A stretch of DNA of 63,649 nucleotides, counting the filler, from Thraustochytrium aureum (lineage: Eukaryota), in the NCBI GenBank assembly GCA_012862495.1. It is 4 parts of 4 records of this genome, joined end to end, with 100 filler letters (N's around TTAATTAATTAA, not from the genome) between each part and the next. Parts side by side here need not be neighbours in the genome. Positions count along the whole stretch, not along the records: positions 1 to 26,973 come from BLSG01000353.1; 3 more parts are not named here. The stretch is one strand, 5' to 3'. Below are positions 10,752 to 20,432 of the stretch, in pieces. How positions within the stretch are numbered: the stretch's first letter is position 1; each line of letters opens with the position of its first letter. A program made the position numbers and the translations under genes. The notes below the pieces were generated by a model. It was not told the origin of the DNA. It saw only the letters and a list, made by a program, of their open reading frames with translations, and made no database searches.

Positions 10752-11831
10752 GTCGCCGCTCGGCGCTCAGCGCGGAGGTCTTCTGTGCGCCGTTGCTGAT
10801 CTTGACAGTGTATGGCGTTGCGAAACTGCTCATGGCGGCCCGGCCAGTTCAGGAGAACGTTCGATGCAACGACCGGTGCCAGTGTGCTGTGGTGGTGTTT
10901 GTTAGACGCACATTTTCGTGAGTGTGCTCCATGCCAGGTGCCCGCTGCGAGGATCGATCGGATCCTCCTGCTGTGGCATTTCATGACAAGTACATAGAGT
11001 ATGGAGAAGAAGCGCTTGCCGCGCAAAGGTTTTGGTCTTTTTTGGTCGCCTTTGGTCGCCTATTGCAGTTTGTCCGTCTGTGCAAGGGGGGCCTTCTTCA
11101 ACTGAAACTCCAAGTTGATGCAGGTGCTCCATTTGGGTGGGACGCGACCTAAAAGACGGGAGGAACTTATTGTCTCCGAGTCTGATGCGTCGGATCCTCC
11201 TTGCTCTTTGTTCGCATCATCATCGATTGATTGGTGGAACGCATGAACGATGCCAGAGCGCGCTGCCAGACGAGCTGTCGATGCGCTTGGAAACCCTCCC
11301 TGTGGGAACCAACAGTAGGCCTTACTCGAGTAGGCAAGTAGGCCAACCTACCGGAACATCACGATGCGTTCGCTTCAAGACGGATTCGGAGAGCAACCGT
11401 TGCGCCAGACTGGGAAACGCCGCCTGCCGAGTCGCATCGATTATCATCCTACTAGTAGAGGGGTGCACTAATCATCACGCCCGCGCCCAACCCGCGCCCA
11501 AGGTTCTTGCCAAGAAGGCGCGACGTCGTCGTCCCTGACGAACAGTCTCCTCAACTAGGAACAAAAAACCAAAATCAAAAACCAAGTTGGTATTCACGAA
11601 CTCTGACTGGTCCAGCTGCCAGTTGCACCGCGCACCCAGTTTGTCCCCGGCTTGCAGCAGGCGAGCGGCAGGCCCGGTGGCCGTCTGTGGTTCCCTCTTT
11701 CCCTGCTGCACCAGAGGCGCCGTGGCCAGGCCGGGTGAACGAGTCTCGTCGAAGGATTGGCGCTGGACGCCGCTGGTTTTAAAAAAAAAGGGGGAGCAAT
11801 CCCTTCCTCCCACGACGACGACTGTGCGGCG

Positions 11832-12938
11832 ATGCGCCCGGCGGGGAAGCTCGCGGTCGCCGGCGCCGCAGCAGTGGCAGCTGTCGCGGCTGCAGTGGCG
11901 CTCTCACCGCATGTGCTGCTCTATGTTCCTGAAGTTGGGTTCATTCTGTATCACCTGGCGGGCGGCCCCGTCCCGCCTTTTCTCTCCGACGAGATGTTTC
12001 GACCCGGCGTGGTTGAGACGTGGGCGCGGGACGGCGACGTCGTTGTGGCGTCTGGGCCTAAGAGCGGCACGACAATGCTTATGCAGATGATTCACCAGCT
12101 GCGCGTCGCGGCGATGGCCGACGTGGCCAGCCCCGAAATCGTCGAGCGAGCTCGGGGGTTTTCCGATGTCAACCTCGTGATTCCGTGGGTCGACGTCGCC
12201 TTCTACCCAGGGCAGCCCGTGGCTGACCGCATCAGGTGGCTTGCCGAGGAGATTGACAGCGAGATGTGGAACAGCTCGGCTTACCCCTTTCGCGCGTGGC
12301 ACACCCATGTCATGCCACATGCGCTGCCAGTGCTACGGCCAGACGGACCAAAGCTCCGGTACATCAGCATTGCTCGGAACGGGTTGGACGTCATTAACAG
12401 CTGGCACAGGTTTATTCCGCAGCATAGCGACCAGTTTCGCAAAATGTGGGGCGGGTTTCCGCCGCATAGCGAAAGCTTCGCTGAGACGTTTGCGATGTTT
12501 GTGCCGGAGGAAGTGGCCATCCCTTCTCGACACGCGTGCCGCGAGTGGCGTGCCCTGAAGGACCGCGACGACGTGCTGCAGCTCCACTATTCGGACGTGA
12601 CGCGCGATATGGACGGCGCGCTGCGCAAGATCGCTGCGTTTCTCAAGCTCAGCATCGAAGAGAGCAAGTGGCCTGCACTGGCTGCGGCGTGCTCAATCGA
12701 GCACATGCGCGCCATCGAGGACCGCTTTTTCCTTCACTACAACCCCAAGGCCGGGGTTCCCACGTGCATCGCGCCCCGCCCCGGCGCCATTGTCGGCAAA
12801 GGCGGGAGTGGCGGCGATCTCGACCACCTTGCGCCGGAGATGCTCAAGGCGTACTCGGAAGCGCTGGCTCGAATGATACCTGATGGCGAAACGCGTGAAT
12901 GGTGCGAGCACGGTGACGCAGGCTACAAGAACGGTTGA
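11832..12938 (+). CDS. PAPS-dependent sulfotransferase (Sulfotransfer_1 type) with N-terminal hydrophobic anchor
   Basis: 5'-PSB loop RDGDVVVASGPKSGTT, WHTH, 3'-PB motif YISIARNGLDVINSW, and LQLHYSDV..D...LRKIAAFL. N-terminus MRPAGKLAVAGAAAVAAVAAAVALSPHVLLY. Confidence 0.9.
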   Translation: MRPAGKLAVAGAAAVAAVAAAVALSPHVLLYVPEVGFILYHLAGGPVPPFLSDEMFRPGVVETWARDGDVVVASGPKSGTTMLMQMIHQLRVAAMADVASPEIVERARGFSDVNLVIPWVDVAFYPGQPVADRIRWLAEEIDSEMWNSSAYPFRAWHTHVMPHALPVLRPDGPKLRYISIARNGLDVINSWHRFIPQHSDQFRKMWGGFPPHSESFAETFAMFVPEEVAIPSRHACREWRALKDRDDVLQLHYSDVTRDMDGALRKIAAFLKLSIEESKWPALAAACSIEHMRAIEDRFFLHYNPKAGVPTCIAPRPGAIVGKGGSGGDLDHLAPEMLKAYSEALARMIPDGETREWCEHGDAGYKNG

Positions 12939-14331
12939 TCGATCATTTCTCCCTCGCCTTCGTAGCCAGGACATGAACCTGTGCTGCTCGTGAAGAAGGA
13001 AACTTGTAAATTTCTTTGTACCTATCGTCAGCCTGGGAGGGAGACCGACCCTGCCGCACCGAGGTTCGCGGCGCCTCGCCTCCTCGGTCGCGGGCCGCGC
13101 GCACTGCGCCGCCGCGCCAGCCCTTCTTCGATACATGCCCTGTCCGTCCGAATGTGACCTCATCAGGGTTGATTTTTTCGAGTTGTCACTTGTCAGTCTG
13201 AATGGCACGCAGAGCTACGACAGGCCCGCGACCCCACGAGCCCCGTGGTCCAGCACCGCGTCCCTCCGCAAGAGGCGCCGCGGCTGGAGAGCGCGAGCCA
13301 CCGCTCGTCTGCACGTTCGAGAGGGCGATGTCCGGAGAGGTTTTCGGGGCGAGATCTTCTCTCACAACAGACGGCCACACCCAGGTGATGACGGCCATTG
13401 CCTTTCGTGACTACCAAGCCAGGACGGCCGACAAACCAAACCGAGTCGCCCGCTTCATCGAGTGCGTGACCGGCCTACTAGCGACAAACTCCTGACGACA
13501 ATTTGCATGGACAAAGTGCGCTTCCCCGCCGGGGCCAAAGTNNNNNNNNNNNNNNNNNNNNNNNNNNNNNNNNNNNNNNNNNNNNNNNNNNNNNNNNNNN
13601 NNNNNNNNNNNNNNNNNNNNNNNNNNNNNNNNNNNNNNNNNNNNNNNNNNNNNNNNNNNNNNNNNNNNNNNNNNNNNNNNNNNNNNNNNNNNNNNNNNNN
13701 NNNNNNNNNNNNNNNNNNNNNNNNNNNNNNNNNNNNNNNNNNNNNNCTCTGCGCGCGACGGAGGCAAGACTTTGTTGTTCCATAGCAGCTGGATTGACAA
13801 GCAACAAAAGTCTGACGATGTTGAAGAGCCGGACGAGTAGGTAATGGCCTTGCGATGTTGACGCGAAACGTCCACGAGTTGACGACGACCACCCGCAGAT
13901 CGCACAGTTGCGAGCATGCTCCGAGCAACCTCAGCGCAACCTCTGCCCAAGCCCTTCCTTGAATTTACATACCCGACCACCTGACCTGAATGGACGAAAG
14001 GCCCTCTTTCAAGAATCGCCGCAGTCGAGATCCAAGTGGGACTTCAGGTGGGTGGATTCCAGTGGGTCCGCCTATCGGCTCCTGCACTGGCGCGCAAGTT
14101 TTGACGAGACGCTTCATGAAAGCCGTCGTCGATGCATTCAACATCGTTGGCAGCCCAGCCGCACGTCGCGACTCGCGACAGGCAAAAGCCCATCGGACGG
14201 TGCCAGACGCGCGCAAGCCAGCCCGCCAGAACGCCGGACCGGCACGGCTCAATCTTGCGGCTTGGCGGGCTCGCTCGGGCGTGGTTTTGTCGGTTTGGGC
14301 ACGCGGACCGACACCCGGCCGAGCAGGCGGG

Positions 14332-16026
14332 ATGCTCCGAAGGCTGCGTGGAGTGGCGGCCCTGGCGACGCTGGTCTGGGCCGAGTCGGGGCACGCGGCT
14401 GGGGAGAGCAAGTACAATGTGCTGTTTATTGCAGTGGACGACCTGAAGCCCACAATCGGGGCCTACGGCGACCCGGTAGCCGTCACGCCGCACATGGACG
14501 ACATTCTGTCGAGGGGCTTGAGGCTAGACAATATGCACAGCCAGAAGCCAGAGTGCGCTCCGTCGCGCATCTCGATGATCACGGGCAAGCGCAATGATGC
14601 TCTGCTCATGTACGGGTTTAGCGAGGAATTCCGCAGCGGTGGGAACCAGAACATGCCGACCCTGCCGAGCATCCTTCGCGAGCATGGGTACCGTACGGAG
14701 GCCGTGGGGAAAATCTTGGACAACCGCAACTTTATCCATGTCAACGTGCCGGCGGACGAGTGCAAAGGGTCAGGCGGCGTGGGCTGCTCCTTTGACTACG
14801 CGACAATCCCCGGAGACATGTACAGTGCGTCCAGCACGGTGTGCGGCGACCAAAAGCCGGCGCTGCGCTGGCCCACCCTGGACAGCAAGGTAAATCAGGA
14901 TGCCAAAGAAGACTTTCTGATCTGGGAGTTTGACGACGAGCTGTACAAGCAGCACATTGACTATTGCATTCGCGCGCACGGCGTGACGCGGCTTCGGGCC
15001 CTCGCCGAAAGTGGAGAGCCCTTCTTCCTGGGCATCGGTTTCGCCAAGCCGCACATGCCTTGGGTTGCGCCCAAGGAGGAATTCGACATCTACCGCAAGG
15101 TGCCCGACCACGTCATGGAGCCGCCGCCTGAGATTCAAGACGGCACTGACAACCTCAAGTCGGACTACTGGAACGACTTTGACCCGCGCACTCGGCCCGA
15201 GTCGAGCGGAGAGCTGCTCAAGTACGGGGACGCGAGGTCCTGGTCCTTTGCAGATCGGAGCCGTGGCTACTACGCGAGCACCACCTTTGTTGACAAACAG
15301 ATCGGGGAGATCCTCAAGGTGCTTGACACCGAGGTCTCCGAAGCGGTGCGCCGCAACACCATGATCATCCTCTGGGGCGACCACGGCTTCCACCTAGGAG
15401 ATCAAAACACGTGGGGCAAAAAGACTATTCTCGAGCATGCCACTCGCGTGCCGTGCGGCGTTGCCCCGCCGCCAGCGTTCCTGGATGCCAACCCGGCCAT
15501 CGCAGCGAATGTGGCTAGGGGCGATCTGCACACCACGTCGCCGGCAGATTCGGTCGACATTTTGCCGACGATCCTCAACATCACCGGGATCCCGCTTCCG
15601 GACACTTTTCAGGGGCGGCGGGGAACGACGGCTCACGTGATCGCCGGCACGAGCCTCGTCCCGCTCATGGTCGACCCCAACGGTTACGTCCGGTCCGCGT
15701 CCGTGTCTCAGTATGAATCGTACACTGATAGGCGCATGGGATACAGTGTGCGCACGCGCTATCACCGAATGATCATTTACCTGGACAACGGGGGGGGCGG
15801 CCCTATTCGGTCCCTATCGTCAAGCTCCGTGGAGATCTTCCGGTACTTGCAGCCTGGAAACTACGAGCTGGTCAACCACGCCAACGACCAAGACTTTGAG
15901 GACGTGAAGAAGGCGCTTTTGGAAGTGATTCGGAACCCCTTTAACGTCAACGGCCTTCCAGATGCCGATTGGACCCACCTCTACATGGCCAAGGACCCAA
16001 AGCCTTTTGACCATGACATGTACTGA
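14332..16026 (+). CDS. Secreted Cys-type sulfatase, iduronate-2-sulfatase-like (paralogue of 8989-10751)
   Basis: Signal-like MLRRLRGVAALATLVWAESGHAA. Motifs YNVLFIAVDDLKP, VTPHMD, ECAPSR, PFFLGIGFAKPHMPW and WGDHGFHLGDQNTWGKKT. Confidence 0.93.
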   Translation: MLRRLRGVAALATLVWAESGHAAGESKYNVLFIAVDDLKPTIGAYGDPVAVTPHMDDILSRGLRLDNMHSQKPECAPSRISMITGKRNDALLMYGFSEEFRSGGNQNMPTLPSILREHGYRTEAVGKILDNRNFIHVNVPADECKGSGGVGCSFDYATIPGDMYSASSTVCGDQKPALRWPTLDSKVNQDAKEDFLIWEFDDELYKQHIDYCIRAHGVTRLRALAESGEPFFLGIGFAKPHMPWVAPKEEFDIYRKVPDHVMEPPPEIQDGTDNLKSDYWNDFDPRTRPESSGELLKYGDARSWSFADRSRGYYASTTFVDKQIGEILKVLDTEVSEAVRRNTMIILWGDHGFHLGDQNTWGKKTILEHATRVPCGVAPPPAFLDANPAIAANVARGDLHTTSPADSVDILPTILNITGIPLPDTFQGRRGTTAHVIAGTSLVPLMVDPNGYVRSASVSQYESYTDRRMGYSVRTRYHRMIIYLDNGGGGPIRSLSSSSVEIFRYLQPGNYELVNHANDQDFEDVKKALLEVIRNPFNVNGLPDADWTHLYMAKDPKPFDHDMY

Positions 16027-16298
16027 CGTGGGTAGGTTGCCGGCTCGGCATCAGCCGCGCGCTTTGAGGCAAGCGAACGGCAAGCGAAGCGAGCGGCCCC
16101 CGTTGCACGGTTGCAGCTTGCTTGGAACGGAACTGAACAGACAAGTAGCGGTCCATGACACAATCTGATATACGGCTCTCGTGGGCTCTGCCTCTCCGTC
16201 CCATCCTCGCCATGCCTGTCCTTGCCATGCCTTGCCTTGCCGTGCCATGCCACGCCAGCAACAGCTGCGCGCTCGGTCCGCTCTGCGGAAGGCAACGC

Positions 16299-18761
16299 TC
16301 AGCCAACGAGGTCCCGCACGCAGGCGTCAATCGCGAGGGACGGTTTGAGTTGATCGTTCATGGCGTCAAACAGGGCGTGGGCATGCTCTGCAGGGCAGTG
16401 CAGCCTATCCATTGCGAGACGGAACTGCGGTGCAGTGATCGATTGCTTGTCCGTCGACGCACCTTGGAGGATTTTATGAAGTTCGTGCCGTTGCTTGTGC
16501 AGCTCACCGTAGTTGGTCAGCTGCTCGAGTTTGCTGCGGATCGCTTTGACCACACCCGTCGCACCAGAGCTCCACCGCATCGGCCCAGGCGCGGCGGTTT
16601 CTGCAGCGGGGGGCGCCAGCGGGGGTGCATAAGCGGCGAACCCAGGTGCCGCCCCTTGAGCGTTTGTGCTGGCGTCGAACGCGCGCCCAGTAGCTTCAGG
16701 GTAGACAGCCTGCACAAAGGTCTGGAGCAAGACCATATCGCTCTTTGTCAGGCGGTCGAAGAGGAGGTCGACATCCGCGCCAAAGCACGAAAACCCCTTC
16801 ATCGCGCGGGCAAACGCATCCTTGGAAAGCGTGTTTCTGTCGTTGTCGGGGTCGACACAAAACCGTCGGAGGTACGCTGCTAGCATTGCGCACTGGTCAG
16901 GCACAGACCCAAACCGCGTCTTTTGCTCCATTGTGCTTCGGATAGCTGAGGTAATCTGGGCGAATTTCTGGTCGCTCGCGTTGGACAAGTTGCCTTCAAT
17001 CGCGGCTTGGTCAAGCCCGTGCGCCTTGCCGAACACTTCGACATCGTCCATGCCTTGGCCTGAAAGCCTCCGGTCTAGGCTAGTGCGGCGCCGTGCTCGG
17101 GGTGCGCCGTTCTCCTGCGCGCGAGACTCGACCTCGCGCTGCAGGGCGTCGTCTTTAACGAGGTCTCCCCAGCCCCTGCTCTCGTAAAACTCGCGCGTGA
17201 ACGCGTTGCAGGACACGAGGCTCAACGCCCGACCAAAAAAGTCGAAGGAGCTTCCCAGGCGAAAATCGGCGGGCCCATACGGCGCGCCGCCCGCTCGCGC
17301 GTTCGGGAGCTGCTGGCGCTTCAAGTTGAGCAGCGCTTGGCGTTCGCGGCCCGAGTTGCGCGTCTGGACCTCGCGGAGCTCCATTGTATCGTCGCCAAGA
17401 AAGTAGTGGAGCGAAAAGAAGCGGCGCTCGCCGTACGGGGCCGGATCGTTCCAGACGCAGTCAAATTGGAGGACTTTGCCGTCGTTCTCAATAAACTTGC
17501 GCGACGCATTCGAAGCACGCGTCCGGATATCGGGAGCGCCATGCTTGCTGTGAGACACAGCGCTCGCTGCCCCCAGAAATGCACCACGCTGGCTGTGTGA
17601 AGAAGGGGTGAAGGGCATGCCTGAAGGCTTGGCGTGCGCAGGTTCGTCAGGGATCGGCAAGGCTTCTAGCGGCATCTCGAGGCGTGGGTATCGCTCCTTT
17701 ATCAGATTGCGAGCCCTTTTGTCCGCGTCCACGACGTGCATTGCCAAGCCCTTGATGTTCACAGTCGCGCCGACTGCGAGGTCGCACAACTGCATGCCGG
17801 GGAGTTTGTCGCGTCGCATGAACTGCACCGAGCGCCCTTTGGAGGGCGTCGTCTCGGTGACCATGACGCTGTTATCCTCAAGAAAGAACTTTAGCACAAA
17901 TGTGCGTATCGCAAAGCTCTCGCGGTCTTGCGTCTCAAAGTTGCGCGTGCGTGGGTCGAACTGGCCCTGGTGCTGGCGGACTGTTTCCTTGTGGTATAGC
18001 GAGAAACAGCAAGAAACGCCGTCAAACTTGATCCAGTCTGGAACGCGCGCCTGGCTGGCCAAGGGGACGTCCGGATGACGCTGCGCCGCGCTCGCGCTCG
18101 TCGTGTACATGGCCTCTGGCGTTTCGTGAGCCCAAGACAAGCGGGCAGCCTGTGCAGCGGTCGACTGAGCCAGCCTCGCCGCCTTGTAGTCGTCGGGTGC
18201 TGTGGAGCCGACAGCCACGTTGCCAAGATCTGCCCCGTTCTCGGAGATGGCGTGTGGGTCGCGGTGCGCGCCAGCGCCCGAGCCGAGGTGCCAAACGCCG
18301 CACATTAAACGAGCAAAGTCAGAGTCGGACTCTACGGTTGCGCTCACGTTTTTGTAGTACTCGAAGAACGCGCTGCGCGAGACCTGCTCCTGGTTGCACA
18401 CTTCATCCCATTGCCGAACAAAGTCGCGAAGGGCTTGTGGCGCTGAGATCTTGCCGCTCAGCACGTCGGGGTGCTGCTCGCTATCGTACGCCATTTCTAG
18501 GTCCTCGAGCATCACGTTGTTGTCGTGCGTCTTTTCCAGGCGGTCAAAGGCTGCGCTGACGAGCGCATGCCGCTCTTTGCTGAGCGGGCCTCGCAAGCCG
18601 CGTAAGAACTCGCCTTGCGAGATCGCGCCGCTGCAGTCCCGGTCAAAGTAGGTGAAGAGTTCGTCCAGTTCGACGCGGTTCAGCTTGACGTCGAGGTCTT
18701 CGAGGCCGTACTTGAGCTCGTCCTTGGTCAGCATGCCGTCGCCGTTGTCGTCCATGACGCG
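16299..18761 (-). CDS. Calcyphosin-like EF-hand module fused to two DM10 domains (EFHC/RIB72-related), 5' end in gap
   Basis: EF hands DDNGDGMLTKDE and DRDCSGAISQGE; calcyphosin signature HPDVLSGK...F.EYY.NVSATVE.D.DF..LM.GVWHL. DM10 repeats: PDWIKFDG...F.LKFFLEDNSV.VTE and FIENDGKVLQF...F.LHYFLGDDTMELRE...NSGR...CNAFTREFY. Confidence 0.85.
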   Translation of the reverse strand, partial: RVMDDNGDGMLTKDELKYGLEDLDVKLNRVELDELFTYFDRDCSGAISQGEFLRGLRGPLSKERHALVSAAFDRLEKTHDNNVMLEDLEMAYDSEQHPDVLSGKISAPQALRDFVRQWDEVCNQEQVSRSAFFEYYKNVSATVESDSDFARLMCGVWHLGSGAGAHRDPHAISENGADLGNVAVGSTAPDDYKAARLAQSTAAQAARLSWAHETPEAMYTTSASAAQRHPDVPLASQARVPDWIKFDGVSCCFSLYHKETVRQHQGQFDPRTRNFETQDRESFAIRTFVLKFFLEDNSVMVTETTPSKGRSVQFMRRDKLPGMQLCDLAVGATVNIKGLAMHVVDADKRARNLIKERYPRLEMPLEALPIPDEPAHAKPSGMPFTPSSHSQRGAFLGAASAVSHSKHGAPDIRTRASNASRKFIENDGKVLQFDCVWNDPAPYGERRFFSLHYFLGDDTMELREVQTRNSGRERQALLNLKRQQLPNARAGGAPYGPADFRLGSSFDFFGRALSLVSCNAFTREFYESRGWGDLVKDDALQREVESRAQENGAPRARRRTSLDRRLSGQGMDDVEVFGKAHGLDQAAIEGNLSNASDQKFAQITSAIRSTMEQKTRFGSVPDQCAMLAAYLRRFCVDPDNDRNTLSKDAFARAMKGFSCFGADVDLLFDRLTKSDMVLLQTFVQAVYPEATGRAFDASTNAQGAAPGFAAYAPPLAPPAAETAAPGPMRWSSGATGVVKAIRSKLEQLTNYGELHKQRHELHKILQGASTDKQSITAPQFRLAMDRLHCPAEHAHALFDAMNDQLKPSLAIDACVRDLVG

Positions 18762-20432
18762 NNNNNNNNNNNNNNNNNNNNNNNNNNNNNNNNNNNNNNN
18801 NNNNNNNNNNNNNNNNNNNNNNNNNNNNNNNNNNNNNNNNNNNNNNNNNNNNNNNNNNNNNNNNNNNNNNNNNNNNNNNNNNNNNNNNNNNNNNNNNNNN
18901 NNNNNNNNNNNNNNNNNNNNNNNNNNNNNNNNNNNNNNNNNNNNNNNNNNNNNNNNNNNNNNNNNNNNNNNNNNNNNNNNNNNNNNNNNNNNNNNNNNNN
19001 NNNNNNNNNNNNNNNNNNNNNNNNNNNNNNNNNNNNNNNNNNNNNNNNNNNNNNNNNNNNNNNNNNNNNNNNNNNNNNNNNNNNNNNNNNNNNNNNNNNN
19101 NNNNNNNNNNNNNNNNNNNNNNNNNNNNNNNNNNNNNNNNNNNNNNNNNNNNNNNNNNNNNNNNNNNNNNNNNNNNNNNNNNNNNNNNNNNNNNNNNNNN
19201 NNNNNNNNNNNNNNNNNNNNNNNNNNNNNNNNNTGCTGCCTGGTGTTGCCGAATGATGCTGCCGGTGTTGCTCGCGCTGCTTGAGTCTCTGGCGGCGTGG
19301 CGCAGCAGCTTGCGAGGCATCTGTCTGCTAGACACGCGAGCCTTGCAACGGTACTAACGGTCATAAAATGAAGTGAGCAATTTAGCTGCGTGGCGTGGTT
19401 GTGAATTGGAGGTGTACTATAAAACGGCGGATCGATGCTCTCGATTCGCTTGCTCGGACATCCTCGAAGGCTCGCGGTATCTTGCTTGACCTGCAACCTT
19501 GCTCGCGCGGGATAGCCAGGCGCACTGCGGCGCTTGCGAAATTCTTAACCAACACGCAATCAACGTGCGTGCAACAAACGAGCCTCCGGCCGGGCCCTTG
19601 AGCGCTTCGACTGGCTTCATCTGCTCCAGCACGGGGTGGCGCTTCGATCTGCACGCGATCGGCAGCAAGCCTTTAGAAACGTTTTCAAACTCTGTTCTGA
19701 ATGTTCCTTCTCTACTAGCTAGCTCTAGTAGAGAGAGAGCTTGAGCTTGAGCTAGCTCGCTAGCTACCAGCAACATGCACCGTAGAGTCGCACCGATTCG
19801 GGCTACTCGATGGGCGTCCCTTCGCTCGCCTGGTACTCGCGGCCTCCCTTTCGCCACAAACGATCTCAAAAGAACAGCTGCATTTTTTAAATCATTTCGA
19901 CACGCAGAGTCGCTCGTGTTCAAGGCCACACAGCAACAGCGCCACAAGCGGATCTCTCTAGGGCTAGAGAAGGATGCCTTCAGCAATCGCAAATCGCAAG
20001 CCGCCACCAGGTCTTTCGCCTCCTCGAGGGTGAACAGTTGGAGGCTGCCGCCGACGAGCTGCTCGGCGGGACTTGCTCCTCAAAGTCGCGAAGGCCGCGG
20101 TCGCTCCGCTGTGATGAGGTAGGTTCTTCAAAGACCGTCGAGTTTGGGGATTTCCGGATGAAGATCGGGGTGCATCGACCAATCGTCGGTGAGGCGCTTG
20201 TGCGCAACCTGCGCAGCTCACCATCTCAATGCGAACCCGAAGAAGCCAACGAGGGATTTGGCGTTGCGCCACGGCACAATCGTGAAGCAAGGTGCTCCAT
20301 TGTGTGAGTCGAGTAATGGAGACCACTCGAACCCTTCCGGGCGCAAACAAGGTTCGCCAAGCTTTTCCAGTTTGTACCACCACGGTTGTCTGCTTCACAT
20401 GAAGAAACCAAATGGATCATCATTTCTTGAAA

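Noticed and set aside
19750..20400. Possible degraded minus-strand gene (EQLVGGSLQLFTLEEAKDLVAACDLRLL...)
   Set aside because: The coding-like patches are broken by stops, and I recognise no family.
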